Positions 1-16,748 are shown, counted from the first letter of the stretch. The stretch: DNA of 64,000 bases from the human T2T-CHM13v2.0 reference genome, Homo sapiens (GCF_009914755.1 NC_060934.1); one strand, 5' to 3'. Notes: a model not told the origin generated them from the sequence alone. Numbers and translations: made by a program.

Positions 1-300
1 GCCGTCAGCGACCCGGATGGAGCGGGCGGGGAAGAACGGGAGGCAAGCGGGGCGGAGAGCACCAGGGGTGGGGAGAGTTGGGGAAGAGACTGGGTAGGAG
101 AAGGCAGAGGGGGAGGTGGCCACGCGAGGGAGGCGGGGGAGGGGCTGGCCGGAAGTGAACCGCAGAGCACGCGCGCGAGCCCGCCCACTTCCCGGCCCCG
201 GCACCGGCGCCTGCGCCGAATCTTCCGGGGGGGGGGGGGGGGGGGGGGTGCCTGGCCACAGGCGCCTGCGCAGTGTGCCGCTTTGCGTTGCTTTAAGAGG
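1..300 (-). promoter_or_regulatory. HERC4: CpG-island promoter and probable non-coding first exon of a - strand gene, likely HERC4
   Basis: Very GC/CpG-rich. ETS/GABP motifs CCGGAAGTG 149-157 and CACTTCCCGG 186-195, GC boxes, NRF1 motifs GCGCCTGCGC 207-216 and 262-271. The gene name is inferred from remembered head-to-head synteny with MYPN; no HERC4 coding sequence is visible. Confidence 0.6.
227..248 (+). repeat. G22 homopolymer
   Basis: 22 consecutive G. Confidence 0.95.
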
Positions 301-904
301 GAAAAGCCAAATACAGAAAGTTGGAGTTTGCGAAGACAAACGAAGAAGATGTCAACTGTTTTTGAGAATGCTTCGGCGTGCACAAAGCCTTTTAATGAAG
401 CAAATCACTTTGTTTTTTGGTTTGGTTGTCTTTGTGCTCATGGATGCTAGCTAGTCTTTTTATTATTTTACTCTCTCTTTTCCCAAGGAGATTTTAAAGT
501 AGCAGATGAAACATCACAATTATGAACATAAAGACTGGTGAAGAGTTATTTTATCCCATGGCCTCAACTGGAGCCAGTCTGAGGATGTGAGATGTGTTGA
601 TGGCAATGGCTGAAGCTACTCTACTACCACCACCACCAGTTCAGTTTCCTTGTACAGTGTTGGCTACCATCACTTTCTACACTCTCCCTGAAAGATAGGC
701 TTGAATTGCAGGGTCTCATTCTATCAGAGAAAATTACACATTGGCTGCAGTCCCTGATTCATAAAAACGAAGTCTGGATCTCCTAGGCCAGCCTTAACTT
801 CTTAAAAAGCAGGAGAACTTGAAACAATGCACTTTTGAAATTGTAAGTTGGGTATTGCTAGAATGAATATTCAGTACCTAGAAGAAGTTCCACAAATAGG
901 CCAT

Positions 905-1268
<364 letters not shown>

Positions 1269-1289
1269 TAGAATATGTTCAAGTGTGTG

Positions 1290-2028
1290 TATTCGTGTCC
1301 TAGGCTTGCCATATAAATTAAAACAGATTCGGTGGCTTAAAACAACAGAAATTTATTGTCTCACAGTTCTGAAGACCAGTTCAAAATCAAGGTGAAAGTA
1401 AGCTTGGTTCTCTCTTGGGGTCTCTGAGAGATAATCTTTTCCAGGCTTCTCTGCTAGCTTCTGGTGGTTGCCAACAATCCTTGGCAATCCTTGTAGAAGC
1501 ATCCCTCTTCACCTTGTTTTCCCTGTGTGTCTGTCCAAATTTCCCTCTTTTATAAGGACACCAGATATTGGATTAGAGCCTACCCTGATCCATTATGACC
1601 TCATCTTAACCTTATTACATCTGCAAAGAACTCATTTCCAATTAAAGGTCACATTTGGCCGGGCACGGTGGCTCACGCCTGTAATCCCAGCACTTTGGGA
1701 GGCTGAGGCGGGTGGATCACCTGAGGTCGGGAGTTCGAGACCAGCCTGACCAACATGCAGAAACCCTGTCTCTACTGAAAAAATACAAAATTAGCCGGGC
1801 GTGGTGGTGCATTCCTGTAATCCCATCTCCTCAGGAGGCTGAGGCAGGAGAATTGCTTGAACCTGGGAGACGGAGGTTTTGCGGTGAGCCTAGAGCGCGC
1901 CATTGCACTCCAGCCTGGGCAACAAGAGCAAAACTCCATCTCAAAAAAAAAAAAAAAGTTCACATTCACAGGTACTGGAGGTTAGGACTTCAGCTTATCT
2001 TTTGAGGGATCAAATTTAACCCACAACA
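1290..2028 (-). mobile_element. MLT1 (ERVL-MaLR) LTR interrupted by an Alu
   Basis: GGTGGCTTAAAACAACAGAAATTTATT...CACATTCACAGGTACTGGAGGTTAGGACTTCA, typical of MLT1. Confidence 0.75.
1657..1957 (+). mobile_element. AluS
   Basis: Full Alu, TSD AAAGGTCACATT/AAAGTTCACATT. Confidence 0.95.
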
Positions 2029-2156
2029 GTATGTTACAGAAATGAATGTAGAATGACAAGATGCTTAAGCAAGGAAAGCATAATTTCAACATGAGAAATG
2101 GTAGGAATGTTCACAAAAAATACTCATATTTTGAGAGTTTCATTGCTCTTGTTGGC

Positions 2157-2440
2157 TTTTTTTTTTTTTTTTTTTTTTTTTGAGACATCATCTTGCTCTG
2201 CTCATCTCGGCTCACTGCAATCTACACCTCCCAGGCTCAAGGGATCCTCTCATCTCAGCCTCCTGAGTAGCTGGGACTACAGAACACATGCCACCACGCT
2301 CTGCCAATTTTTGTATTTTTTGTAGAGACAGGGTCTTGCCATGTTGCCCAGGGTAATCTACAACTCCTGGGCTCTAGTAATCCACCCACCTTGGCCTCCC
2401 AGAGTGCTGGGACTACAGGTGAGAGCCACCGCGCCAGGCC
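2157..2440 (-). mobile_element. AluJ-like
   Basis: Poly-T followed by a diverged reverse Alu. Confidence 0.9.
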
Positions 2441-3913
2441 TCTTGTAGGATTTTTGTTTGTGGTCTTTTACCCTTAAGGGCTTGTTGCCTCAGAATATAT
2501 CATTAAAAGGGAAGTTATGGAATTCAGGATCTTTAAGATATACAATTGATGCTATAATACATAAAAATTAAAATGAGTGGCTTAATATAAGTGTATTTTT
2601 TAACCTTTTTAGCAGTCCAAATAAGTGTTCCTAATGAGGGAAAACTGATCTCCAGGGACCTGAGAAGATGGAGGGAGGGTGAGCTTCTTAAAATCCTTGT
2701 TTGGGAAATGCCACATAGCACTACTATACACAAAACAGAACTCTGCCCGTAGAAACAAGGGTGCTGGGAAGCATAGTCCCTGAGTTCCCAAGTACTACTT
2801 CATGCTGTGGAAGGGAGAGCATGAATTGGTGGACAGCTGTCTATTCCACCTGGATATATATCTATCTGGAATATTTTTAAAGATAGATCTTGCTTGTAGA
2901 AAGTGGAATGGACATTTTTGCATGTTCCTTTTAACCTTACAAATCTGTGAAACCATGGTGCAAGGTTTTAGAAAGTAGCATGTGATTATCTTTAAGATGA
3001 AACAAGTATGGGATCCTAGGGTTATGAGAATAATGTAAATTTGTTGTATAAATGCAGCATGAGATATTGGTGAGTATGATCTCTGGTGCTGGTTTATCTG
3101 AATTCAGAGCCTAAACCCTATAAGCTTACCTCAGACCTCTGTCCTTCTATCCCCCCAAACACAAGGGCATTTACTAATGATCTGTTTTACAGAATATTAC
3201 ATCTCAGCCATAATTTTTATAATTATGTTCATAATCCATATCTCACTGGGCTGTTGTGAAGCCAGTAAAATGACACATACAGTGCCTTGTATGTGGCAGG
3301 AGTTTTGTAAATGTTAGCTTTTACTATTACTAGTATTATTTCTCCTGAATTACTAGTAAGGGAATGCAGTCCATATGACCAGAAAGAAAATAATATTAAT
3401 TCATAACAGAGTAAAGTATTTTTTTACCTATTTTTATTTAAAAAAAATAATGCTCAGACTGTTGAAAGACATCTAAAAATAGTATTCATTCTTCTTCCAC
3501 TCTTTCTCTTTCTCCCTTCCTTCCAGCCATACTGCTCCTGCTGGATCTCACCTCATTTTCTTCATTCAGGTCTCTACTCATGTCACCTCTACAGACTTCC
3601 CTGATCAGCCTATCCAAAAAACCACCCCTCTCTCCCTATCATCTTATCCTGCTTGCTTTTCCTTCATATCCATTATAACAAACTGACATTTTAATATATA
3701 ATTCATAAATATGTATTATGCTTATATAAAAAATATATAACTAAGAAAATGGATAAGCAATTATATACAATCTATTTACATATTACTTAAATAGATATTT
3801 AACTTCACCTCCTCCATTAGAATGAAAACTCATAAAGGCAGTGATTTTGTCTGTTTTGCTCCGTGCTCTATCCCCCGGGATCTTGAACAGTTCCTGGCCC
3901 ACGGCAAGTGCTA

Positions 3914-4256
<343 letters not shown>

Positions 4257-4566
4257 TTAATTAATGGTGCTGGCAGCATTGTAAATTATCACAACCTTTT
4301 AATAAATAAATTTGGCAATATATTTCAAGAGCCAGTAAATTTCATTTAATAGTTCATAATAATAGCAATATTTATTGTGAGACATTGCCCTAAACCATTT
4401 ACCTGTACAATATTACTTCTGGATTCTGTCCTAAGGAAATACAAGATGCATTCAACAAATGTTTATTGAGCACCTACTATGTCACACCCTCCCAAGTCTA
4501 GCAGGATAGATAGAAACATGGGGGTGGGTGAATGAAAGTATGAACAAGATTTTTATTGCAGTGTTA

Positions 4567-4906
<340 letters not shown>

Positions 4907-5619
4907 TTAAAAGCAGCCTAAGTTCCATATTAAAAAAAATAAAAAATAAAAACATAAAAGCAACCTAAGTTCCAACATGGGAAAATGGGTATTGATATGT
5001 GGCTGGTAAAATTACGATTTGAAAGACTGTTGCTGCAAAATTTACATGATACAATCATAAGGTTCTTTTAAAAGTAGAATACAAAATTGTATGTTTCTTG
5101 CTTGTAGCCATGTTTTTAAAAGATGGAAAAGAAATATACCAAAATACTGCAAATTGTGTTAGAGTGTTGAAATTTGAAGCAATTCTTTTCTCTATTTTCC
5201 AAATTTCTATAAATATTTAACTTATGGCTTAAAAAGTTGTGGATAAGAGAAATCTTACTTGCTTCAAAAATAGAAGAGGTTGAAAGTGTAAATATGCATA
5301 ATTATATCATTAATCTAAAAGTAAATACAGAACTTCAAATGAATCAAATTTTTCTTTTATTTGCAAAGTATATATTCACATTTATATATAGTTTAAGTCA
5401 AGGTTGTAATTCTATGAAATTTGTAAAATATTGAGTGTCAGGAGGATCTTATGAGTTAAATGCTGAATTATTTGACTCCTTTAAGTGAATTAGAAGTTTC
5501 TGTTTTGGTAAGCATTGCTTTTAGAGGTGTCAGACATTTTAGAACTATGTATGTGGGAATGCCAATTTGAGTTCATTTGTGCCACTAAAAGATTACCCCT
5601 CAGTTTTCTTTTGATCCTT

Positions 5620-6437
5620 GTATTTAATTTCCTAGGGCTGCTGTAACAAATTACCACAAACTCGGTGACTTAAAACAACAGACTTTATTCTCTCATGGTT
5701 TTGGAGGTAAGAATTCTAAAATCAAGGTGTTAGGAGTGCTACATTCCCTCCAAAGGCTTTAGGAAGAATCCTTCCTTGCCTTTTCTAGCTTTTGGTGGCT
5801 CCCGTCATTCCTTGGCTTATGGCAGTGTAACTCCAATCTCAACCTCCATCTTCACGTGGCCTCCTTCCCTTCCTCTGTGATCGCTCCTTTCTTTCCTCTT
5901 TCCTTTCCCTTTTAAGAACACCGGTCATTGAATTTAGGGCCCACCTAATCAGATCTATAACTTATTTACATCTCCAGAGCCATAATTTGATGACATCTGC
6001 AAAGGCATTACAGTCATGCGTCCCTTAATGATGGGATATTGTCTAAAAAATGCATTGTTAGGCAATTTTGTCATTGTGTAAACAACATAGAGTGGACTTA
6101 CACAAACCTAGATGGTGTAGCCTACTAAACACCTAGGTTATATGGTATGGCCTTTTGCTCCTTGGCTACAAACCTGTACAGCATGTTACTATACTGAGTA
6201 CCACAGGCAACTGTAACATAATTGTATCATACACTAAGTGTTTGTGTATCTAAACATAGAAAAGGTACAGTAAAAATATGCTATTATAATCTCATGGGAC
6301 CACACCATCCTATATGTGGACTGTTGTTGACTGACATATCATTATGCAGTGCATGACTGTATTTTTGAAATAAAATCACATTCTGAAGTTTCAGATGGAC
6401 ATGAATTTTGGGGGAGCTCTATTCAACCCACTACTGT
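5620..6437 (-). mobile_element. MLT1 LTR interrupted by Tigger3a
   Basis: TTTCCTAGGGCTGCTGTAACAAATTACCACAAACT...; the LTR resumes after 6361. Confidence 0.75.
6011..6359 (+). mobile_element. Tigger3a/MER7A-type Tc1-mariner non-autonomous DNA transposon
   Basis: TIRs CAGTCATGC...GCATGACTG with TA target duplications on both sides; internal sequence matches the remembered consensus. Confidence 0.85.
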
Positions 6438-6774
6438 TCTATTATCTTAATTTTCTGAAAACTTAATGTGACTTGCACCTACCTCTCAATTACCCTAAAG
6501 AAAAACTGGTGATTTATAGGGTAACATATACTTTGAAAACATTATTTCAGAAGAGATAAAGACCAACATTATCTATGTACCTTCTGCCTGCAAATAATCT
6601 CATTAGCCTGGGATTCTGGACATTTGCTGAGTGCATGTTCATTTTCCTGTCATTGACACCACAGTTCTTCCTGCCCTAAAGTCTGTTTTCCCATTCACCT
6701 TTTCGTTGTTCTTGCACATCTTATAGTTCTTTCTTGCTTTCTTCTATTTGCATATTACAGACTGTGTCTTAGAC

Positions 6775-6953
6775 TTCTCTTCTTATAAAGTCACATTGGA
6801 TTAGGTCCCACCCATATGACCTCATTTTACCTTATTACCTCGTTAAAGAATCTAACTCCAAATACAGTCACATTCTGAGGTACTGGGGGTTAGGACTTAA
6901 CATATGAATTCAGGGGTGGCGGATTGAGTGGTGTAACACAATTCAGCCCATAG
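6775..6953 (-). mobile_element. MLT1 LTR fragment
   Basis: CACATTCTGAGGTACTGGGGGTTAGGACTT...ACACAATTCAGCCCATA. Confidence 0.7.
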
Positions 6954-6983
6954 CCATTTCTTTTTTTCTTCTGAATTGCATTA

Positions 6984-7364
<381 letters not shown>

Positions 7365-9474
7365 TCACTCCTGCCACATAAATGAGACAGCAGACAGGAA
7401 AATGTGGCCCTTCTTTCTAATGGATGCAAGCAAAACAATTTTATTGAGAATATTGTATGTCACAGAATATGCCACTTAATCTACACATGAAGAATAATAA
7501 TTCCAGGTTATTTATTATAGGACTTCTCTACTTTCACCCTCACGATTATCCCGACATCCATTCTGGCTCCAAATTTACATTCTGGCTTCAATTCCCTCCT
7601 TGGTATCCCAGTGTGAAATAGTAGTACTGTTTGCATCATAAATACCAGAAATATTTTTAAATGTTCTCCTTTTATAACTCTGTGTGATTTCTTTATGTTT
7701 GTCTTCCATCGCCTAATTATAGGAATTCAAAATTCAAATGGCATTCAAACAGGAATAAATGTGAAAAATCACATGTAATGTAGCCCTTCACCAGTATGTG
7801 GGGATGTGTTCATACATTTGAAATTATAATGTGATTACTTCAGTTACTACTTTTTCTTAACAGAGAAAGCTCTCAAACTGCCCTGCTTTTTGTGGCAGTA
7901 AAAAATAAAATTTGTGTTTAGAATCAAAGACTTAACTACATGATAAGCTGTGCTTTAAAATTAGCTTTAAACCACAGCAGTCCTAAAATGAGGATTCTGT
8001 GAGTTCTAGTTAATAGTCAGCATCACCAAAGTAATACAATATGAAAGTGTAGAATTTATACTTATATGATTCCTTTAAATCCATGGGTCTTCTTTTAAAG
8101 AAAACAGAACATAGCAATAGCAGAGACTAGCAAAGAAGGAATCTCAACTGTTAGAGCTTATCAGTCATACTTTCGAGTAGCAAATTGAACTATTTTGTTG
8201 CTACTGATTTCAAAGGGTCCTATAAAGATATTTGAGGTTGAAAGTTGTAATATAACTGTCAGAAATATAAATTTGGGAAGAATATGTATATTTTTAGATT
8301 GCATGCCTCACTGCCCTTAAATAAAATTAGGACTAAAACTAATTGTAACTACAGATCTGTGTCGAATTAACAGTACTGCTGCTTTGGATAACAATTAGCC
8401 AGAGCATGGATATCTTCATCTATTGAATCCCTTATTAATAACTTTCAAAGCAATGTTATAAAAGAAAAAGCCTTGCTAAGCATCTCATTTGATTATCACT
8501 TTTATAATGGGAACTGACAGTACATTTCATATCTTAACTAAGCATTACAATTTTTATGAAAGCAGCACGGAGAACTACAAAAGTAAGGAGATGAAAAAGC
8601 TTTTTAACCCTCCCTGCCCCTAATTTCCTTAAGTTTAGTGTACTTCTTATGTTTATAGAACTAATTATTGGTTGCCTTTAGCATACAGGTAACTTTTATG
8701 CACAGTGATTGCAAATTTTAAAAAAAATCTCTATTGCTACTCATGCTTCTTTCAGAAAAATGAAAAAGATTGTCCTAATAGTTGGCATCCAGAAATAAAT
8801 AAAACACCACAATTTTTATGGACAGATTTTCATTAGAGTTTGAAAAATGTTCTTAAAATCTCGATGTAAAATCTGATAGCCTGACAGAACAGTTGAGCAG
8901 TAGTGACTAGGAAGGACAGAGTGTTCCTAGAAGACAAATTATAGTTGCCACCTCCACATTGCCTAAATAGAGTTTAACCATATTGAAATGACAGAAATGT
9001 TTGCCCAAGAAAAATGCCATGTAATTCAAGCTGCTGTTTTACCTACTTTTTTTTTTAAAAAAAAGCCAAACAAAAATTACTCTTTGTAAAATAGGATCTT
9101 AAGAAGTGAATTGAAGTGTTGTGTGCTGTTCACTTCCAACAAACAACTTCATCTATTCAATCTCTAAAAGGAAGCATTACCCAGCAAGCTAACTTCCAAA
9201 GAGCAGCTTTCAAACTGCTCCCATTCACAAGCTCTGATAGTGTTGACAATAAAATAGAAATCCTGAGGAATGGTTAATGTCAGAATTGTTCTTAACATTG
9301 AAATATCTTTGTTTATTTTTAAAGGACAGCATAATCAGAGAATATAATTATGTATTGAATTAATCTATGATAAGGGTGAAACATCTTGTCATCCTTCTCT
9401 AACTCAGTTATAAATAGACTGGATAAGATGATTTTTTTTTTAAGTGTAAAACTCTTCTGTTTTAAATTTGCTTA

Positions 9475-9812
<338 letters not shown>

Positions 9813-9944
9813 TTAAAATAGCTTTTATTTTAAATATTAATGCTTATTGTTAATAATTAAAATAGTTCAGTAAAGAAGTAAAGAACTATCAGAAAAATGA
9901 CCCCAAGATGCATACTGCTAATACTGTACTGAACATCATTCTGA

Positions 9945-10242
9945 TTTTTTTTTTTTTTTTTTTGAGAAGGAGTCTTTTTCTGTCACCCAGGCTGGAGTAC
10001 AATGGCATGATCCCAGCTTACTGCAACCTCTGCCTCCCAGTTCAAGCAATTCTCCTGCCTCAGCCTCGTGAGTAGCTGGGACTACAGGCGCCCACCACCA
10101 CGCCTGGCTAATTTTTGTATTTTTAGTAGAGACGGGGTTTCACCATATTGGCCAGGCTGGTCTTGAACTCCTGACCTTGTGATCCACCTGCCTCGACCTC
10201 CCAAAGTGCTGGGATTACAGGCGTGAACCACCGTGCCCGGCC
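9945..10242 (-). mobile_element. AluS
   Basis: Reverse Alu. Confidence 0.93.
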
Positions 10243-10789
10243 CTGATATTTTTCTTTACTTCAAAGCATATTGTACACACATAGAAGTCAATGAAAGTTT
10301 GCTCAATGGATCTTGGAGTTTTGTAACCTATTTTTACTCAACAAGGTGCTAAGTACCTCTTTCCAAGTATTGGAGGGCTTAGTTATGTTCATATGGAAAA
10401 CACGCCAGACCATGAACCTACAGGGGCAGTTAACCACAAATAGAAATAAATGATGGATATGTTCAGTCTTATTCTATCCAAGTTGAATACAAATCTTAAG
10501 TTGAATGTATTCTGATGTATCTTGTGTTAATAATCATCACCCGTGCTTTGAATGCCTAGAATGGCTTCTCCAGGTTCTTCAACTCCTCTGGCTCCAAAGA
10601 AGAGCAAAATGCTCAGGGGGATAGAAAGGAGAATGTTGAGATGCTGCATAGAGTTTTCATATTGTCGACTACACTTTCATACTTATATCATTTAAGTTGG
10701 TAAGCAGTGTGTTTGCTTATGCAAATAACATATAAAGATATCATTCATTTGCTTTTTGGCAGTAATGATTTCAATCTTCATTCCTCCTA

Positions 10790-11320
10790 CCATGGCCTCA
10801 GTTCAAGCTATCATCTATTCCAGCCTGGACTTTTTCCCTGGTCTATAGACTACCTATAGTCTTGGCCCTTTGGTCCAAACACACAGCCACTGGGTGGTCT
10901 TTCTCAAATGCAGATTTGATCATACCTCCTCAAAACGTTTATAATTTAGGCATTCCAAGTTCTTCATAATCAAGCCTTTGTCTTCCTCTGCAAACTCATC
11001 CCTGCCACATTCCTCAAATCACGCCTCATCTTTGTTTTATGAGGCATGAAATATGCTCTCTCACATCTTCCTAAATTTTCATGTTGCTCCTAACCTAGTA
11101 AGTTTCTCATTTTTCAATACTCAGCTTAGACAGTACTTTCTTAATAAAGACTTGGCCTGTCTGTGACAGTTAACAACCTCCTTTCTGGTGCCATCCTCTG
11201 CTACAGAGCTTGCCACACTTCAACATAATCAATTTCCTGTCTTCTCCCCCACTAGACTGCTAGCTGAAGGTCAGGAACTTCGGTCTTTTTACCCTTGTAT
11301 CCCCAGGAATGAATGAATAC
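10790..11320 (+). mobile_element. L2 LINE fragment
   Basis: CCCCACTAGACTG...CTTGTATCCCCAG...AATGAATGAAT, an L2 3'-end signature. Confidence 0.6.
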
Positions 11321-11390
11321 AACTTGTTTCATATACTCAGAAGCTGTAGTTACCAAATATTTATTTTTGACTAATACATATAAGAAATAA

Positions 11391-11762
<372 letters not shown>

Positions 11763-12599
11763 TGAGGCCATGGTAGGAAGGATGAAGATAGAAATAATTA
11801 CTGCCAAAAAGCAAAGGAATTATATATTTATATGTTATTTGCATAAGCAAACGCGCTGCTTATCAAGAAGTCCTCAATGGAGAAGACTGTGAACATATAT
11901 ATAGTAAATATCCATTAAATATTTGTCAATTGAGCAATCGTTCGTTGTTTAGATTGTTATCTTTCTAAGGAAGGGACCCGTGATATACTTTTATTTATTG
12001 TTTCCAGTGCCTGACAGAATACTATGTCCATAAAATAATCTCAAATCTAATTTTACTGATTAATCAAATGAGGGAATCCATTAATTATCTCTAAATCTCA
12101 ACAGGAATGTATAAGACCTGTGTCTTTGAATTTCTCTCTACATATTGAAATATCTGTGAGCTCTTTGAGGAAAGGGGTTCTACCTATTGATTTTTATATT
12201 TTAAAGTCTTAACAGAGAACACTGAACATAGCAGAAGTTTAATAAATCTCTGTTATTAAGATTTCATCAGTGAAATACAAGTTTGCTTTGCTCATCATTG
12301 TATCCCAGTGACCTAGGGCAAGATCTTATTCATTGTAGGAATTTAGCAAATATTCGTTAAGTAAACATGATTTGGAAATCTTGCTATTGGCAGGTACAAT
12401 TAAATCTAACATGAAAAGTTTCCCTTGGGGGAAAAAGTAAAGTTTCCCTTGGTGTCTTAGATTGAGGAATAAATGCAGATCAGAGTATGATTCTGAAAGA
12501 TGTTTTATTTTTTACTATGAAACAACTCTACCCTACAGAGGTGGGGAGCAGGGAGGGGAAGGGAGAGAAGCTGGAAACAAACAAGTGAGGCTCACAGGA

Positions 12600-12811
12600 G
12601 AAAATAGCTCCTCCAAGGGGAGCCACATGCTCTGATACCCATGGCAGTGGCATGAGGAAGCAGCCTAAAATTAGCAGGATGGGCAAGCCCAGGAAGGGAA
12701 AACCACGGCAGCCTTTCCTGCCCTCAACAAGTGAGGTGAGGGGCTGGGAGTCCCGGCTGGAACTACCCAATGTAGCCTTTGGAGCTCCACTGCTGTTTGT
12801 GCCAGGTAAGG
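12600..12811 (+). promoter_or_regulatory. Candidate distal muscle promoter / alternative first exon
   Basis: Consensus MEF2 site CTAAAATTAG 12665-12674; strong splice donor CAG|GTAAGG at 12805/12806; non-repeat sequence. Confidence 0.35.
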
Positions 12812-13549
12812 TCCTCCCTCAAAATTCATCTTGGGAGGTAAAGCAAGAGATTTCTTAAGGGGATGTCCAGATAATTGAAATATTTAATACTGTCCCAGTA
12901 AAAAGGTGCCTCCAGGAATCTAATGATTAAGAGAGCAATAGATGAAGAACATTCTATTCATCCTTAATCAGGGTATTCATCTGAACCACTCCCTCTCACC
13001 TTATTGAATTGGGGCTCTCTGGGGTATGTAGGTGCTGCTTCTTTCAAGTGTTAAAGAGGGGAGGGTGTCCTAGAAAAATCTTTAAAGCCATGTGGGAAAA
13101 GGAATGATGAAAGGGCATTGCCAAGCAATGTAAAGAAACTGCAGAGCCAAGAAGGAAAGATCAGAGATAATACAAATAGGACTCAGTGGGCAACAGTCTG
13201 CTTTTTTCATGAATGAAGTGCAGAGCAATTGAGCTGATTGAGGACAGTCAACAGAATCCTAGAGAGGACCAGAATATTCTGTATTATTGTTTCATAAAGA
13301 ACTGGATCAGTGATAGATTTTTACGTTGCACATGAATAACTCCCAGTCAGGGTACTGATCTATCACTCTCCATTGTTTCTATAAGTTTCTGTCTCCCATA
13401 CTAGAATTCATTTTAATAATATATTACCAATTGCTTTTTGAAGTTACAGCTCCTCATTAATGGTAAAAACCTTCCAGTGCTATTAACACAGTTTCTCACA
13501 GGGTTAATCTGAAGGAGTTGTGCAAGTGGATAGCAGAAATTCAGAACTT

Positions 13550-13835
13550 TAAAAAAATAAATTAATTGAGATATAATTAATACACCATACAATTCACCTG
13601 CTTAAAGTGTGTAAGTCAATGGATTTTAGAAAATTTACAGAGTTGTGCAACCATTGCCACAAACAATTTTAGAACATTTGTATCACCCCCTCATATCCAA
13701 TAGCAGTAACTCCTCTTTTCCTCCAACATCCTCCCACTCACAGCCCCAGGAAACCATTAATCTACTTTCTGTTTCTGTAGACTTGCCTATTCTCGATATT
13801 TCACATCAATGAAATCACACAATGCGTAGTCTTTT
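13550..13835 (-). mobile_element. Old L1 (L1M-type) 3' fragment
   Basis: TTGAGATATAATT...ACAGAGTTGTGCAACCAT...AATCTACTTTCTGT motifs. Confidence 0.7.
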
Positions 13836-13844
13836 GTGAGTTCG

Positions 13845-14457
<613 letters not shown>

Positions 14458-14963
14458 TTATTTGTTTGTTTTTAAGAGAATGCTTAAGTGTGCGAGAAGA
14501 GAGAAGAGAAGCCTCTTTTGTTGTTGAAGTATCAACTGTTGATTCACCCAAAAAAGGATCTGTAATTGTCTCCAGTCTCTGTTTTCAGTGAATATTTATA
14601 ACCCATTACTCTAAGATTGTCCAGTTATAGTGGTACTTCAGTGTTATATATAATGAAATGATTAATAAATGCTTTACAGTAATGATAATTTTCACTTAAT
14701 GATAATCTTGGATATGATCTGATGGAATGAAGTATATCCATTTAGGGTATCATTAGAGAACTTATATGGGACACAGCCTAAGGTTTTAGTAAATAATAAA
14801 TGAAGTATGATGTAGTGTGTCTAGAATAGCGCCTTGCAGGTATTAGATTATTAGTAAATAGGCATATTTTCCTCCATCCGACTTTCAGTGTTAGACGTCT
14901 ACTCGTGTTATAAAACCTACAGAGCAGATTTGAAAAAAATCTTAACCTGGCAGAATGCTTTGA

Positions 14964-15281
<318 letters not shown>

Positions 15282-16206
15282 TGAGCACTTATTAAAACAG
15301 GTAAGGTAGATATAGTCATGAATATGTGCAATATAGAGCTGTGACATTCTTTCATAAAGGCTGGGGAAAATAGTTTCATATCCCGGACTAGGAGGCACTA
15401 ATTATAATTTCAAGTTTGAACTATCAATTATAATCTTAGATAACCTACTTACTTTCTCTGGTCTTTATCTACATCTCCAGACTAGGAATGATAACACTGG
15501 ATTATAGCTAAAATGTTATACTCATTGTTCATACTGTAAAACTCCATTATGTCTCCAAGACATACCTGCCCTGTGTTTATTTCATGCTAAAGGTGACACA
15601 TTGAATTATAGGATCGCTTCTTAAGGAAGTCCAGTTGGTTGACTGTCATAAGACCTTGGAGCTTATAATTACATTGATGAAATTACCAGGTTTCATTGTC
15701 TGGTGTTCAGCTTTTCAAACTCAGAAACGTAATATATATTTTTTCCCAAAATTCTTAGAGTGATCCGGCCCCTTAGCAAAGTACTCGCATTAACCAAATT
15801 CCCAAGAGAGTACTAGGTCAGCCAGAATTCCAATTTGTTAATTTACAATGATAAAAATGGTTTTAAAGCAAACCAAACAGCATGTTATGTTAAAAATCAG
15901 CTTTTCTTTTCTTTACGAGGAAACTTATTTTTTAAAAAACTAAACTGAAATTAGAATGCTGCTGGGTAGGCATGGACTGGAGAAAGGCAGGTAATTGATT
16001 ATGGCATCTTGTGAGCATTGGCCTGGGCTCCCAGCTTCTCCACCAGGAGCAATAGGGCTCTCTCGGGTGGACAGTGCTGATTCTTTATTCTCTGATTTCT
16101 CTTTCCTACCTGTCATTCTATTACCTCTTAAGATATAGATATATGCATATTTATATTTAAGTATAAAGACATATATACATATATACCATCAACTAGACTA
16201 AAGCCC

Positions 16207-16509
<303 letters not shown>

Positions 16510-16748
16510 TAGACTACAGCCCAAATTTGCTCATTTTTTTTTTATTTTCCTTCTTTTGATGTGCTTGAGGCATTCTGGTTTTTTGATGTGGAGGAAGAGT
16601 TTTACTATTTTGTCCTCTTTATAAAAATAAACACTTTTATTAGAACTTTTTTTTTTAAAGTGCAGCCAAAAAAAAAAAATTACAAGAGAAAAATCACCCG
16701 TAATTCTGCTCCCTGGCTATAACTAACATTTTAAAATATTGTAATCCA

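Noticed and set aside
5-454. ORFs 5..259 (-) and 116..454 (+)
   Set aside because: Products of GC-rich promoter composition and the G22 run (poly-Pro/poly-Gly); no recognisable protein
14475-14700. Unique-looking segment ending near AATAAA, a possible processed-pseudogene fragment
   Set aside because: No parent gene recognised; no poly-A tail with TSD and no coherent ORF. BLAST would be needed.
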